From Ascoidea asiatica JCM 7603 (lineage: Eukaryota; Fungi; Ascomycota), in the NCBI GenBank assembly GCA_001600695.1, contig BCKQ01000003.1, positions 528,003 through 592,002 of the forward strand: 64,000 nucleotides of DNA. The letters are read 5' to 3'. Shown piece after piece: positions 1 to 11,932 of this stretch; within the stretch, counting starts at the first letter, position 1, and each line of letters opens with the position of its first letter. Under the pieces are notes generated by a model. That model did not search any database, had not been told where the DNA came from, and was given only the letters and a program-made list of their open reading frames with translations. The translations under genes were made by a program, and so were the position numbers.

Positions 1-2860
1 TAAGCTGTCCGTATATCCGAATTCTTTGAGTATACCGCAATCAAGTTCCGGTCTTCCTGATTACATAATCACTTACCTAACCGGGACGAGGCCAGTGGAT
101 CTGACCAATGTCATGGAGCATTGTACCTGGAGGATACTTCAAGTATCTCCATGTTACATCTAACATGTATGTAGGCAATGCATATTCACTGTTAAGGGTC
201 ACGCGTCGGCTGTGAATACGTGATTACGAACGTGTAAACCAGTACCGCGGGACTATTGACGCCCAGTGCTTGGCCTTAAAACAATACTATCGCCGAGACT
301 GTATCCCAAGAAGCACTTCTTTGTCCTGTAGTCATAATAGGTACAAGGCCTTATCCCCAGGGCTTGTACCACTAGGCTGTCGGCCAAACTCATAGCTCCA
401 GGCCGGTGCCACTAGACTATATCACCTCACGTGGTATTACCTTGAAATCTTGACAAAATCCACCTCTGGCCTGAACAAAAAGATAGAGCAATATATAAAA
501 ATTAACCCAAACAATATGTCTATCGAGACCACAAAAAACTTTGAGGAAATGCTCTCATAGAAGTCCTTAATATAGATAAAGATATGCAATAATCTAGCAC
601 CTTAGTAATTGAGGAAGTTTCTAAATATGAGAACTCAGTCTTATGGAACCCATTCCGCCAATCTAGTTTAAGTCCAAGATATTCTTAGCAAATTCGGGAT
701 GGTGAAACAAAACAACTTCCGGATTATAAACAATACAGATTGTTATACCATTTGTCCAGGCAACCCAGCAAACCATTAGAAAAACAGCTTTACGCCATGT
801 GGATGGTTCATCGGTTGATGGTGAATTTAAAACATTTACGGCTCCCTAAAACGTGGTCGGATCTATTTTGAATTTCCTTTGGTTTCACAATTTCGAAATA
901 TATATTCAGGTGTTCTACGGAAATCATATTAATCAATGATCGAAAAGAAAACTAAATATTTATTCCATAAAAAAATCGAAATCCATTTCTTCTATTTGAA
1001 TCGTGGATTCCGTCAGGTGCGTAACCGCCATTAATAATTCTCCTGAACACCCAAAATTCCAAGAATTCCTAGATAGAATTTCGGTGGCAATCAAAGCTAC
1101 CTTGTAACAAGGGTGGAATGCTTGAATAGAAGTCAAATCAAATTCACATACCCCTTATTACATAGCAAACCAAGCAGCCCACTTTCTAGTGGTGTACATG
1201 AAATAACTAAAATTTTGAGAATTACCTAGAACCAGGAAGCCGTACTCGGAATAGTATCATAAACACTTTACTAGGCTTCTTTTTTCTCGAAGTTTTTTTG
1301 ATATACTCAGTGGGAAGTATACCTTCTGCTATATGAAACTAGGTTTATCGAAATCATCCTCCCAGAAAGTGTCCCTGCCTCGATCATTTATTGGCCTTTC
1401 AGATTTACCATCTGTCCGAATGCACCCTGGATTTTAACTACTCTTTTATTCTTTTCCGCCGAGTGCTTTAGTTTTTATATATTGTTCAAAAGCTAATTAG
1501 CATGACTAGCACAAATAAAACTAGTACAGAACTCAGGCTACTGTGGTTCGATTAGTAAACCTGATGTAAGCGCTGATGCCCTCTGCAATGCCACTAGAAT
1601 AACACATGAAATCTGTGTATCTGTCTAGCTATACACGAACTAATGCAAGCTCATGTGAATAGATGTGGTTTCATGCAACTTTATGCAACTTTATGTGACT
1701 TTTTCTACAATTATGCGAAATGTTGAATATCCAGTCAAAAGTGTATAAATGTGTACATATTATTGTATAATACATAACTCAGTTACTCCTACAATTTATA
1801 CGTTTCTTTTAGACCTTCACCACCTATGATGTTAGTACTAATGTACATCATACCTGTTTGAGATAATAGAGATCTATATATGCTAGGGCCTATAGTTATA
1901 CTAACCCCATAGGTGGTGACCGTGTGACAGATACGTTTCTATACTAGACGTAACAGAGTAATGTATTACACAATAATATGTATACACTATGTACTATTAT
2001 CCATATAGATGCATAATTTCCAATAAACATACATATTTTTGCGAAAAGTTGGATGAAGAGTATATATCTTCACTTGACCTTGGATGTTCTATGTACGAGT
2101 ACACCCATAGATACATACCGTGTGATATTCTAGTCACGTCGCTTACGACCTTTGTGCTTAAGTCAGGTATATCCTGCAAACTAGAAAAGACCTTCAAATT
2201 AGTAACTACCATGATGCCCAAACCATTAACAGCAGATTAAATCTAACCAGTTCGAAACCAGAAGAATACAACAGGAGTTATCATTTAGCATCTATGAGGA
2301 TAGATGTTAAATCGCATGGCCAATCGGATTCAAACAGGGACGACCTTTGGATGATTTACTTGGCTAAGCCTAGTTCCTTGTGCGATATAGTATAATTCTC
2401 ACTGCATCTACCGAATTGGCTTGAGTAAACAGGAGACTAGTGGAGCTAGTCCACTAAAAATGTAGTCCGAGTCCGGGCTTCCGGATTAAAGATTCTTCGC
2501 GGCACTTAGTTTCATTGTCTACAAAACTGGAAAGTGGGCTCACTGGTTTTAGAATGGTAAAATTGAACTGTGAATTTCAATTGATTTCTAATCAAGTTTT
2601 CAGCCCTTTTCAAAAGGTAAACTTGATTCCCACCTTAGTTCAATGCAGGAATCCCGGGGCTTTTGGAAATTCCCAAGAATTCTCCATATTTCTGTGGGCC
2701 CCGTAGGAATCCGCAATTAATATAAAAGGAACCAATTTCCTCTTATTTTTTTATATGATATATTTAGTTTTGTTTTGAGATCTTTAGACCGAGTTAATTG
2801 ATTAATAGATAGTACGGAAAATATTTTACCATTCGAAATTGTAAATTTGTAAAATGAATG
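1..2860. repeat. Giant degenerate palindrome centred at ~1868 (left arm 1-1867; right arm 1869-~2860, continuing at ~10010-10700 beyond the Ty3 insertion)
   Basis: 1817-1837 vs revcomp 1899-1919 match 19/21, and 1755-1786 vs revcomp 1950-1981 match 29/32; both give centre 1868. 1083-1148 vs revcomp ~2568-2634 is roughly 70% identical. ACAATTTCGAA at 887-897 = revcomp 2832-2842. Many intermediate anchors lie on the same antidiagonal. Confidence 0.9.
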
Positions 2861-2992
2861 AAAATTCACAACACAAGTAACATGTATTGTATAAGCACCA
2901 ATAATAATAAACACATCCTCCTTAGTATTTCTAGAAGAAGGCGAAACAAACTCAAATGCTTTTGCATTTTCTGTTACATCCCTAGATTAGTC

Positions 2993-3192
2993 TATAATGA
3001 ACACTAATGGGTCCTTCTACATTAGGTGTCATTACTAATCATTTCGTAGGATTTATCCTATTTATACAAATCAGTGATCCCTTGATTAGTAGAGTTAATA
3101 GTTTATTATTATAATCAAGCAATTCATAATATATAGCTTCAATAAACAAATAATCTCAATATAATATAATCTAGATACACCCATCCATTACA
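2993..3192 (+). repeat. 5' LTR
   Basis: TATAATG...CATTACA (terminal TG mutated to TA). Colinear without indels with 9389-9588; about 25 mismatches in 200 bp by eye. Confidence 0.95.
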
Positions 3193-3194
3193 CT

Positions 3195-3206
3195 TGGTAG
3201 CACCGC
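3195..3206 (+). promoter_or_regulatory. Primer-binding site (initiator tRNA-Met type)
   Basis: TGGTAGCACCGC starts 2 nt after the 5' LTR. It is one mismatch from the TGGTAGCGCCG(C) iMet PBS of yeast Ty elements. Confidence 0.85.
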
Positions 3207-3494
3207 AGCTCAAATATAGCATGCAAAAGAACTTAAGATCGTAACAAATTATTCAAATAATAGCAAAACATTAAAAAGGAAATTAATCTCAAATAGTTTT
3301 GAGATAATAGAAAGTACATTATTAAAACAAGTAATTAGTAAATCATAAATTGGAAACTACAACAAGGAAGTAGTCATTAGTAAATCGTATATATAAAATA
3401 CAAAATATACATTTTAAAGAAAACTTAGAAAATACAAATCAGAAAATTTAAACTTAAACTCAACTTCATCAGTAACATAGTATTAGTTAATCAA

Positions 3495-4700
3495 ATGAAA
3501 GTAAAATTTAGAAATGTTTTCAACAACCAAAATCCAGAAAGTTTATCAGAACAAATGTCCAGAATAACTCAATTATATCATCAGCAACAAGAAAAAATAA
3601 ATTCTTTACAAAATGAATTATCTCAAAATCATATAAATTCAATCAATCAAAATTATAATTCTGAAATTTCAGAATTCACATCAATCGTTAAAAACTTAGC
3701 CTTTGCAACCAGTACGCCATATAAAGGACTAAAACATCCATCACCAGATTCTTTTAGGCCATCACATAACATCTGATCAGCCAGATGTTATGGCCGACAA
3801 AGCTATTCTCTGGTTACAAAATTATGAAGAAATTTGTCATTTATACTCCATACCAGAAACAGAAAGAATCACCAATATGAAATTTTATTTAAAATATTCA
3901 GCACTCATTTGCTATAATACCTTAACATTAAATTTTTATACTTGGAATCAAATTAAAGAATAATTTAAAAGTCGATTCACACCTCCAGGATATAAAGAAA
4001 CTTTAATCAGAAGAGATTATGATTTAAAGCAAATCAAATCGGTATATTCATTCAATCAAGAATTGCAAAAATTAGTAAGAAGACTTCACGAAAGTTTACA
4101 ACAAGAGTCATCAATAAAATATGAATATTTTATTCATTAAAGGATCAAGTCCAATTATACATTGAAGCAACTACTTAATTAGAATCAATAAGTATTGCAG
4201 AATTAATAATCATCGCATCACCTTATGATTCAGCCTTATATCACAAAACCTCAAACTACAATAATCGTAATTTTAATAATAGAGGACGAAGCAATAGAAA
4301 TTTTAACAATAATAGAAATTGTAATAATAATACTAATTACAATAATAGAACTGGAAATAATAAAAGTAACAGAAATTCAAATAATAACAACAGGAATAAT
4401 TCATCCATCAACAGAAGAAATTTTAATAATACTAATAGAAACAATAATACAAGCAATTTTTACAATAATAATACTAGCAACAGAGGAAAGAAAAATTAAA
4501 CAGGAAATAATTATAGAGGAAACAACGATAGAGGAAATTACAACAATTACATCAGAACTTACAATCAGAATAATAATAGTAATAATAATTACAATAATTC
4601 AAATTCAAATTCAAATTCAGATCAACCAATAAAAATATATCATTCAGAAGTATCAAAAACAGAAGAAAAATCAGTTTCGGCTAATTCAGTTCAATTTGCG
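3495..4700 (+). pseudogene. Disrupted gag with an Asn/Arg-rich C-terminal region
   Basis: The first ATG ORF after the PBS is at 3495. It is broken by stops and frameshifts, and ~4250-4620 reads NNRNFNNRGRSNRNFNNNRN... upstream of the protease. Confidence 0.75.
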
Positions 4701-4799
4701 AAATATGCATTAAAAAGAAATAATAATTGAAATGAAATCATTTGGAATCATAGAGAAATCCAAACAGAAGAAAAATCATTTTTACCAATTAAACCATTA

Positions 4800-7700
4800 T
4801 TTAAATTAGAACTAAAAATCAAATATTCAAATTTTAAAATCAAAGCATTAATGGAATCAGGATGCACATCAAATTTGATCTCATCAAATATAGTAAAATC
4901 ATTAAATTTAAAAACAATTCCAATATCTACAGTAAAGGTTACAAATGAAATTCTAGATCAAAATTCCAATAAACCAATTTCAAATTTAACATCATTCAAT
5001 ATTCAATATTTAATCCTTTAATCAAAAATCAGAAAAAGTTAAATCATTCATCATTGACATGAAAAAATATGATTTATTTTTAGGTATTCCGTTTTTAAAC
5101 GATAAAAATGTAGATTTTCACAACTATATAATTAAACCGAAATTAAATTCAGTTCAAAATTCAAGTTATTGAAACAAGTTAACATACTCTTCAACTTCAG
5201 ATATAGAGTTCAATAATATAGAATTAGCATCACCAAATTCTCTTTCAGAATTAGAAATTAATGAAAAGTAAAATATTCAATCAGTCATTAAAGCTAATTA
5301 TATATTTACATCAAATTTCAAAAAAGAAGGGAATCAAGTTAAAAATTCTTCATTTATTCATCAAATTTTAAAAGATAATCAAGAAATATTTGAAGATTCA
5401 ACATTCTTACCACCAAAAAGAAAAGATTATGATATAAAATTAGAACTTCTTCCGGGAGAGGAATCAAATCCCAAAAATATATTAGCAAGACCTTATAAAT
5501 AATCTTCTTTCGAAACTCTAGAATTAAAAAGTCAAATTAACCAATTATTAAAGGAAGGAAAAATTTATATTGCAAAAGAAGGACAATCTCGATTTTTCAA
5601 TCCAGTATTTATATTAAAGAAAAAAGGTAAATCAAAAAATTGTTTAGTCGCAGATTATACAATATTAAATAAAGTTATCAAAAACAACTACCTTTTTCCA
5701 TTACCATATATTGATAGTTCATTAGAAAATTTATTCAATTCAAAAATTTATTCAGCAATAGATTTCACTTCAGGTTAGAATCAACTAAGATTAACAGAAG
5801 AAAGTGAAACATTAACTACAATTACAACTGTATTTGGAAAGTACATTTATAAAGTAGCTCCATTTGGAATTAAAACTTTATCATCAGCCTTTCACAAATT
5901 CATTTATTCAATATTTAAACATCTTTATTTAAATGGTGTAATCGCGTTTTTAGATGACATACTCATATATTCAAAAGAGTTAGATTCACATTCAATTTTA
6001 TTACCGAAAGTTTTTAATATATTAAAAGAAAATCAATTATTCATCAATAAACAAAAATCAAAATTCTTTGTACAAGAATTAACATTTTTAGGATTTAGAA
6101 TCAAAAAAAATTGAATAACCCCTTCAAATCATGAAAAACTAAAAAATTATAAATTAAGTTCAATCAAAGATTTACATAGCCTCTATGGTTTTATTAACTA
6201 TTAGAGAAATTTTATTCCAGATTTTGAAAGGAAAACTGCTCAATTAATAAGAGTAAACAAATTCCATTAGCTAATAATATAATCTCGTCATGAAATCAAT
6301 TGAAACAAGAAATTGTATCAAGCCCAGTCTTGAGAATTCCAAACCCTTCATCATCATTCAGATTATCAATCGATGCAAGTATAATAGTAATTAGAGGAGT
6401 TTTAGAACAATTAGAAGAAAATCAAAACATTAAATCAAAACATTCATTACGAGAAAACTCAGAAACAATTAAGAGAATTAAACCCTTATAAGTACCAATA
6501 AAATATTTTTCAAGAACTTTCAAAAGTGCAGAAAAGAATTATCCAATTAGAGAAAAGGATTTTTTAGCAATTATCAAATCATTAAAGTTTTTTGTCACTT
6601 TTTCGATGGCAGAAGATTTCATATAATTACAGATCATGAAGGTTTGAAATCAATCCTCATTCCAGAAAAACAATTGAAGGGAAGAATTAATATATGGTTG
6701 AATATTTTAACTGAATTCGATTGTGAAATCATATATAGAAGAGGAATTAATAATGGTGCAGCAGACTTCTTATCAAGAATAGTATTAAATCATCTCCCAA
6801 TATCATTAAATGAAAAAGAAATAAAATTTATGGAAATTCAATCCTAGAATTCATTTCTGATCATCATCCAACAAATCTTTACTTTCGAGAAATTTATAAA
6901 TATTTAAAACAAAATAATCCAAATTCAGAATCATATAATAAAGAAAAACAATTCATTATTTCAAATAAATTCAAATTTAACATTAAAGTTTTCAAATTAG
7001 AAAATAATAACCTATATTATAATAATACTAATGATTCACCAAATTTTAGAATTTGTGCGCCAGAAAAATCATTATTTCAAGTTTTATCACATTTTTATTC
7101 AAGTCATGGACATCCAGGAATATTAGGAACTTATATTCTCATCAATAGATCATTTTATGCCCCAAATTGAAAGAAAAATTAAAAAACATATTCAATTTTG
7201 TTATCAATGTCGACAGAATAAAGATTCTATTTTAAAAAATGGGAATTTCATATCACTTAATCCACTACCAAAGAAATTCGAAGTAATTACCATGGATTTC
7301 CTTACAATTTCAAAATCATCAAACGAATCAGGATCAAAAGACTCAATTTGGTAATAGTAGATAAATTAACAAAAAGAACAAGAACAATTTCCATTACTAA
7401 AATAATCTCAGCAAGAGAGTTAGGAAAATTATTTATATCAAACTATTTACCACTTCATGGTTTACCAATAAAACAAAATTCAGATACAGATAGATTATTC
7501 GTATCTTCATTTTGGAAAACAATCAGGAATCATTTCAAAGCTTAAATATCAATATGAACAATTAATCATCCTGGTACTGATGCAGTATGTGAAATAACAA
7601 ATAAATTAATTGGAAATCAAATAAGAAACTTATCATCATTCGATTTAGCCGATTGGCCTTCTGATTTAGGTATTATAGAATACTACATCAATTCACAAAT

Positions 7701-8340
7701 AGTAGAATCAACAGGTTTAACCAGATATGAAACGGATTTCGGTTTTAACCCAGCTTTATTAAATGAAGAAATAAATTTATCAACTATCAATCCTATTGCA
7801 CCCGCTTTTGCAGAAAATCAAAAAGAATTGTTAACTATATTCAAAACAAGTTACAAATCATCAATTAGATCAACAGAAATTTTATAATAAACATCGTAAA
7901 AAAAGAACAATTAAAATAGGAGAATCTGTATTAGTTCATAAAAAGCATTCATAACTTATACTAATTAAGATCTGTCAATCATTAAAGGTCCTTTCAAAGT
8001 TATAAAAATATATAACGAGAATTCATATAAACTAGAATTACCAATTGGATTAGAAAAAATTCATCAAGCATTCAATATTATTTACTTAAAAGAATACCAC
8101 TTTCACAATAACCAAACAAAGTTCCTTCAAGCTTTATCGAACAAAAAATGAGAGTAAATGAAATTAATCAAATATGAGATATTCAAACTTATCATGATAA
8201 TACTAAACCATATGAAGTCAATTATAAAGACTGTAATCCAAAGACTACAGTTATTATCACAGAAAAAATATTCTAATGTATTCCAGTCAAATTTCAACAA
8301 TAACTTTTAAACAATTTTAAAGAATTAAATCAGTTTTCCC
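4800..8340 (+). pseudogene. Disrupted pol (protease, RT, RNase H, integrase)
   Basis: Protease LMESGCT at 4848-4868 (D->E). RT AFLDDILIYS, with FLDD at 5947-5958. RNase H SIDAS, NYPIREK, TDHEGLK, NGAADFLSR. Integrase HGHPG...CYQC, MDF, VDKLTK, SDTD and GPF (7987-7995). Multiple in-frame stops. Confidence 0.95.
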
Positions 8341-9374
8341 GAAGAGGGAAGAATGAATTCACAATATTATTTTAAAAATATATTTAATCATTTAAAATTT
8401 CGACAATGCTTTAAAACAAAAACAGACAAAAACAATTTATTCAACAAAATATTTTTTTCATTTTATACCTCACATTTTACCAAAATATTACTCACATTTA
8501 AATCCACATTCTTTCATTATTACAATAACTTTATTCATTATGGTTCACTTAATTTAGTTCAAAAAAGAGATAACGAATGTTATACAAAAGTTCAATTTCA
8601 GGGATGCAAAAAGTATTTCAAGTGATAAAAGATTTGTTACATCTTGTTTTTGCAAAATAACTAGATGAGCGTATTCACCAGAAGCTGATGATCAAGCCAT
8701 ACTTATTATTTTTATACCACCGTTTTATTTCATGTTTTTATCAACTCATTAAGTAATTCAATTTACACCAATTTCAAATTTTTATTCCTGTTTTTTTAAG
8801 ATTTTCACTTTTTATATTTTCAGAAAATTAGTTTTGTGCTCCACGTTTTGCGTTGCGTTCATATTACTATACAAAGTTTTATTTTTACACATATTATTGT
8901 TTTCCACATAAAAAACTTTTTATTAATTATAGTACACCGTGCTTAAGTAAGATTTACCATACTAATCTTTTGGTGAAGTTTTCACTAACAAAATCTTAAA
9001 AAGATTACTATGCTTATTTTTCAGTTTTGCATACACATGTTTTTCAAATTAGAATATTCCAACATTCTTTATAATAATCTGGTTCACTACATATTAATCT
9101 TTTCAAAGGTTTAACTCATACAGATATTACAAAACGATTACTATACATAAATTAAATTTCAAATCAATATGAAAACAACAAAAATATAATACTCATAACC
9201 TAATATAGTAGCACAGTGACTAAAATCATCGTACAATATATCAGTTAGAAATTCAATATAATAATAATAATAATAAAAAATTTAATTACCATTTCAATAT
9301 TTTCAACATATAATTTAATCAATTATCCAATTTAACTTGTAATTAATGAACTAAAAACCTGTTTGACTCTTTTT

Positions 9375-9388
9375 AACGAAAAGGAAGG
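9375..9388 (+). promoter_or_regulatory. Polypurine tract
   Basis: AACGAAAAGGAAGG directly precedes the TG of the 3' LTR. Confidence 0.85.
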
Positions 9389-9588
9389 TGTAATGAACCC
9401 TAATCGGGCATTCCGCATTTGGTGTCATTACCACTCAATTCGTAGGATTTATCACATTTATATAAATCAGTAATCGCTTGATTATTATAATTAATAGTTT
9501 ATTATAATAATCAAGCAACTCATAATATATAGCTTCAATAAACAAATAATCTCAATATAATATCATATAGAGAGACCCATCCATTACA
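9389..9588 (+). repeat. 3' LTR
   Basis: TGTAATG...CATTACA terminal inverted ends, followed by the TSD TAGTC. Confidence 0.96.
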
Positions 9589-10009
9589 TAGTCACCCTAG
9601 TTTAATCTCCACGGATTGTTGGATCTTCAACCGCCAAGCAAACATTTTTGTTATCTTCTGCGTTATTCAACTAGTATTTGTTGTTGTGCTTTTTACTTTT
9701 CTTGCACGATCTTTTGGCAGTATTCTCCAGGGCCATTCGGTTTTATATGATATTCCATCCTACGTGCATAATATGAAATGAACACATTAGCAAGGCATAC
9801 TTGGACTTCTGTTGGCATGTTTTTATTTTTTCAACCAATTTATATTAAGCTTACTTGAAGGTTTTTGACATTTGAAAAAAGGCATTCTGCTTCTTCCTAT
9901 GTAGGACCGGCAATAATTCAATTTAGCAAAAACATTTTTCAACACATTATCATTACAAGCTCCAAAATGCATCTTCCTAAAGATTGAAATCGTCTCCTTG
10001 ACACAAGGA

Positions 10010-10700
10010 ATCATCTTGCTGCATTGGCCAAGAATTAACCAAAATCAACAATTCGCAAAATTTTGTAGTTTTGAATATCCCAATTTGATACTAAAGTCTG
10101 TCATTACCACCAATAGCCTGATATATTTATAACTCCCTAATAAACTTCACGAATAGTAATGGACCTCCATCCAGAAATCCGAGTTTTATGATACATATTT
10201 GATCCAAATATTTAATAAGAGCCATTTTTATAGACCCGCTATGCACCAGAGGTGGCTTCGTGGTAACCTAATAGGCTGTATTATTGTTCAAGGGCACGTT
10301 GGAGTCGAATACAGGTATTTCTGGCACAAATATTACCAACAAATAACTTAACCAATCCACATCAGAGTTTCACTTCAAAAGATTCTTCGTTGAGTGGAAG
10401 ATCAGGCGATGTATAAATTTCAACATCAATTACATTTTTAATAGCAGCCAGCTTAGTAGAATTTTGTTTGTGACTTTTGTGGGAGCTCTATATACAGGGG
10501 ACCTGTGAGTACACCTACGCACTAATATGGATTAATTATAGAACCCTATGTCTCTAAACAAATCCATTGGAAAACTATTAACTTGGAGTTATCCTAGACT
10601 GCCGACATATCTTCTCCCAAGTACATTCTTATTAGTTGTGTTCAGAGCAATTTCCTGAATACAGTAGTAACAGGTATATAAAGGTATAAGAATTTCAATT
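10010..10700 (-). repeat. Displaced distal part of the palindrome's right arm (inverted homolog of ~1-790)
   Basis: Anchors: CAAATTCGGGAT 689-700 vs revcomp 10077-10087; CCACCTCTGG 460-469 = revcomp 10246-10255; AGGATACTTCAAGT 131-144 vs revcomp 10581-10595. Coordinate sums of 10715-10776 put them on one antidiagonal. Confidence 0.65.
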
Positions 10701-11277
10701 TGAAATTATTAAATACAGCTCAACAAAAAACACTGAGTGTATTAATAGTAGTGGTTTTGATAATGAGTGCATTATGAGTTATCCTCTTCTTGAAGCAGTA
10801 ATACACCAATCGTACAATAATAAGCCGTCGAAACTTGATCTCAAATAAAGCATTGAGCGATGGATAAATAAAGTCATATTGAATAATAATAAAAACACTA
10901 TTAAATTTAGATAATATAATAATCAACTATCTACACTGAAATGAAGTTTTTCCAACCAGATTATAAACAAACTAATTTAATAAAATAGCGAAATTTTATC
11001 ATTTTTATTACAATCGAAAAGACAAATAATTTCCAAAAGAAAAATGCAGTTAAGTTCCTTGGCTAAAAAACAAAGACATTATAGTAGAAAAAAAAAAACA
11101 TATCAAAAAATTCAATTTCTTCACACGAAAAAACAAACTCAATTTACTATAAAATCAGATAAAGCTACTAACTGTGAGGACTAAATGTTTATTGCAACCA
11201 ACATAAATTCTAACTTATAAAACGTCAATACAACAAAACCTAAATGTTCACCAATCGAACACTAACGCTATCGCTTT

Positions 11278-11450
11278 ATGTTAAAATTGTTTTTATTTAT
11301 TTTACTTTTTCTTTTTAAGCTTTTACAGGCAGTTATTATTTCTTTATTTTTATTTCTTTTAAGTTTAATTCAAATATGTCTCAACTATGACACGTGACTT
11401 ATTTTTTATATTTGATGTGGGATGTTCAATGTTTTTGTTGTCAGCTGTTG
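11278..11450 (+). repeat. Dispersed repeat, copy 1 (homologous to 14935-15110)
   Basis: ATGTTAAAATT[G/C]TTTTTATTTATTTTACTTT...AGGCAGTTATTATT is about 57/63 identical between the copies, and similarity continues through AATATGT[C/G]TCAACTAT and TGTTGTCA. Confidence 0.85.
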
Positions 11451-11555
11451 TTCCTCGTTGTCTCCCGTTGTCAAAAATATTTATATTAACATTTTCCTTA
11501 TTTTATCTTCTTTTCCTTCGATCACTAATATTACTAAAATTACATCAATTAAAAA

Positions 11556-11932
11556 TGGATCCTCTACCTACTTATTTTCAAGCAACTAACGTTGAATTTG
11601 CCTTTAATCCCTCACTGGTTGGTAGCCAATTGGAAAAATCAATCATGAAGAAAGCATTAATTCCAAAACGTTGGGTAAAAAGTAAAGATAATTTACCAGT
11701 TCAAATGAAAATGAAATTAGATAATTTTCTTTTAAGGTTTTGTGAAGAACCATATTTGCATCAAAAATATGAGACAACAAAAGTGAAATTGTTTACAAAA
11801 CTATTAAGGAATAATCCGATTGGCTTATCTTTAAAAATTGAGCTTGGGTGTGGGACGGTTATAATGTTAATTATAGCTCTGAGAATTTACGCCGTTGCTA
11901 CAGGGATACTAAAAATAAAAAGAGAAAATTGA
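11556..11932 (+). CDS. Small hypothetical ORF inside the decayed repeat family (MDPLPTYF...)
   Basis: Longest open frame in 9.6-17 kb, with AAAAATG context. No recognisable domain; an inverted decayed homolog lies at ~13050-13400. Confidence 0.25.

Larger units (their letters stand above)
2993..9588 (+). mobile_element. Full-length, degenerate Ty3/gypsy LTR retrotransposon
   Basis: Two 200-bp LTRs, a 5-bp TSD TAGTC (2988-2992 and 9589-9593), a PBS, a PPT, and gag-PR-RT-RNaseH-IN domain order (gypsy order) with many stops and frameshifts. Confidence 0.97.

Noticed and set aside
1989-2914. Short ORFs in the palindrome arm as genes or copia fragments
   Set aside because: No recognisable motifs, and the mirrored arm does not appear to preserve the frames.
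4225-4632. 135-aa Ile-rich ORF in the track
   Set aside because: Off-frame reading of the AAT-rich Asn/Arg gag tract, not a separate membrane protein.
2993-9588. RIP-like mutation of the retrotransposon
   Set aside because: LTR differences are mostly transversions, with no CpA->TpA dominance.
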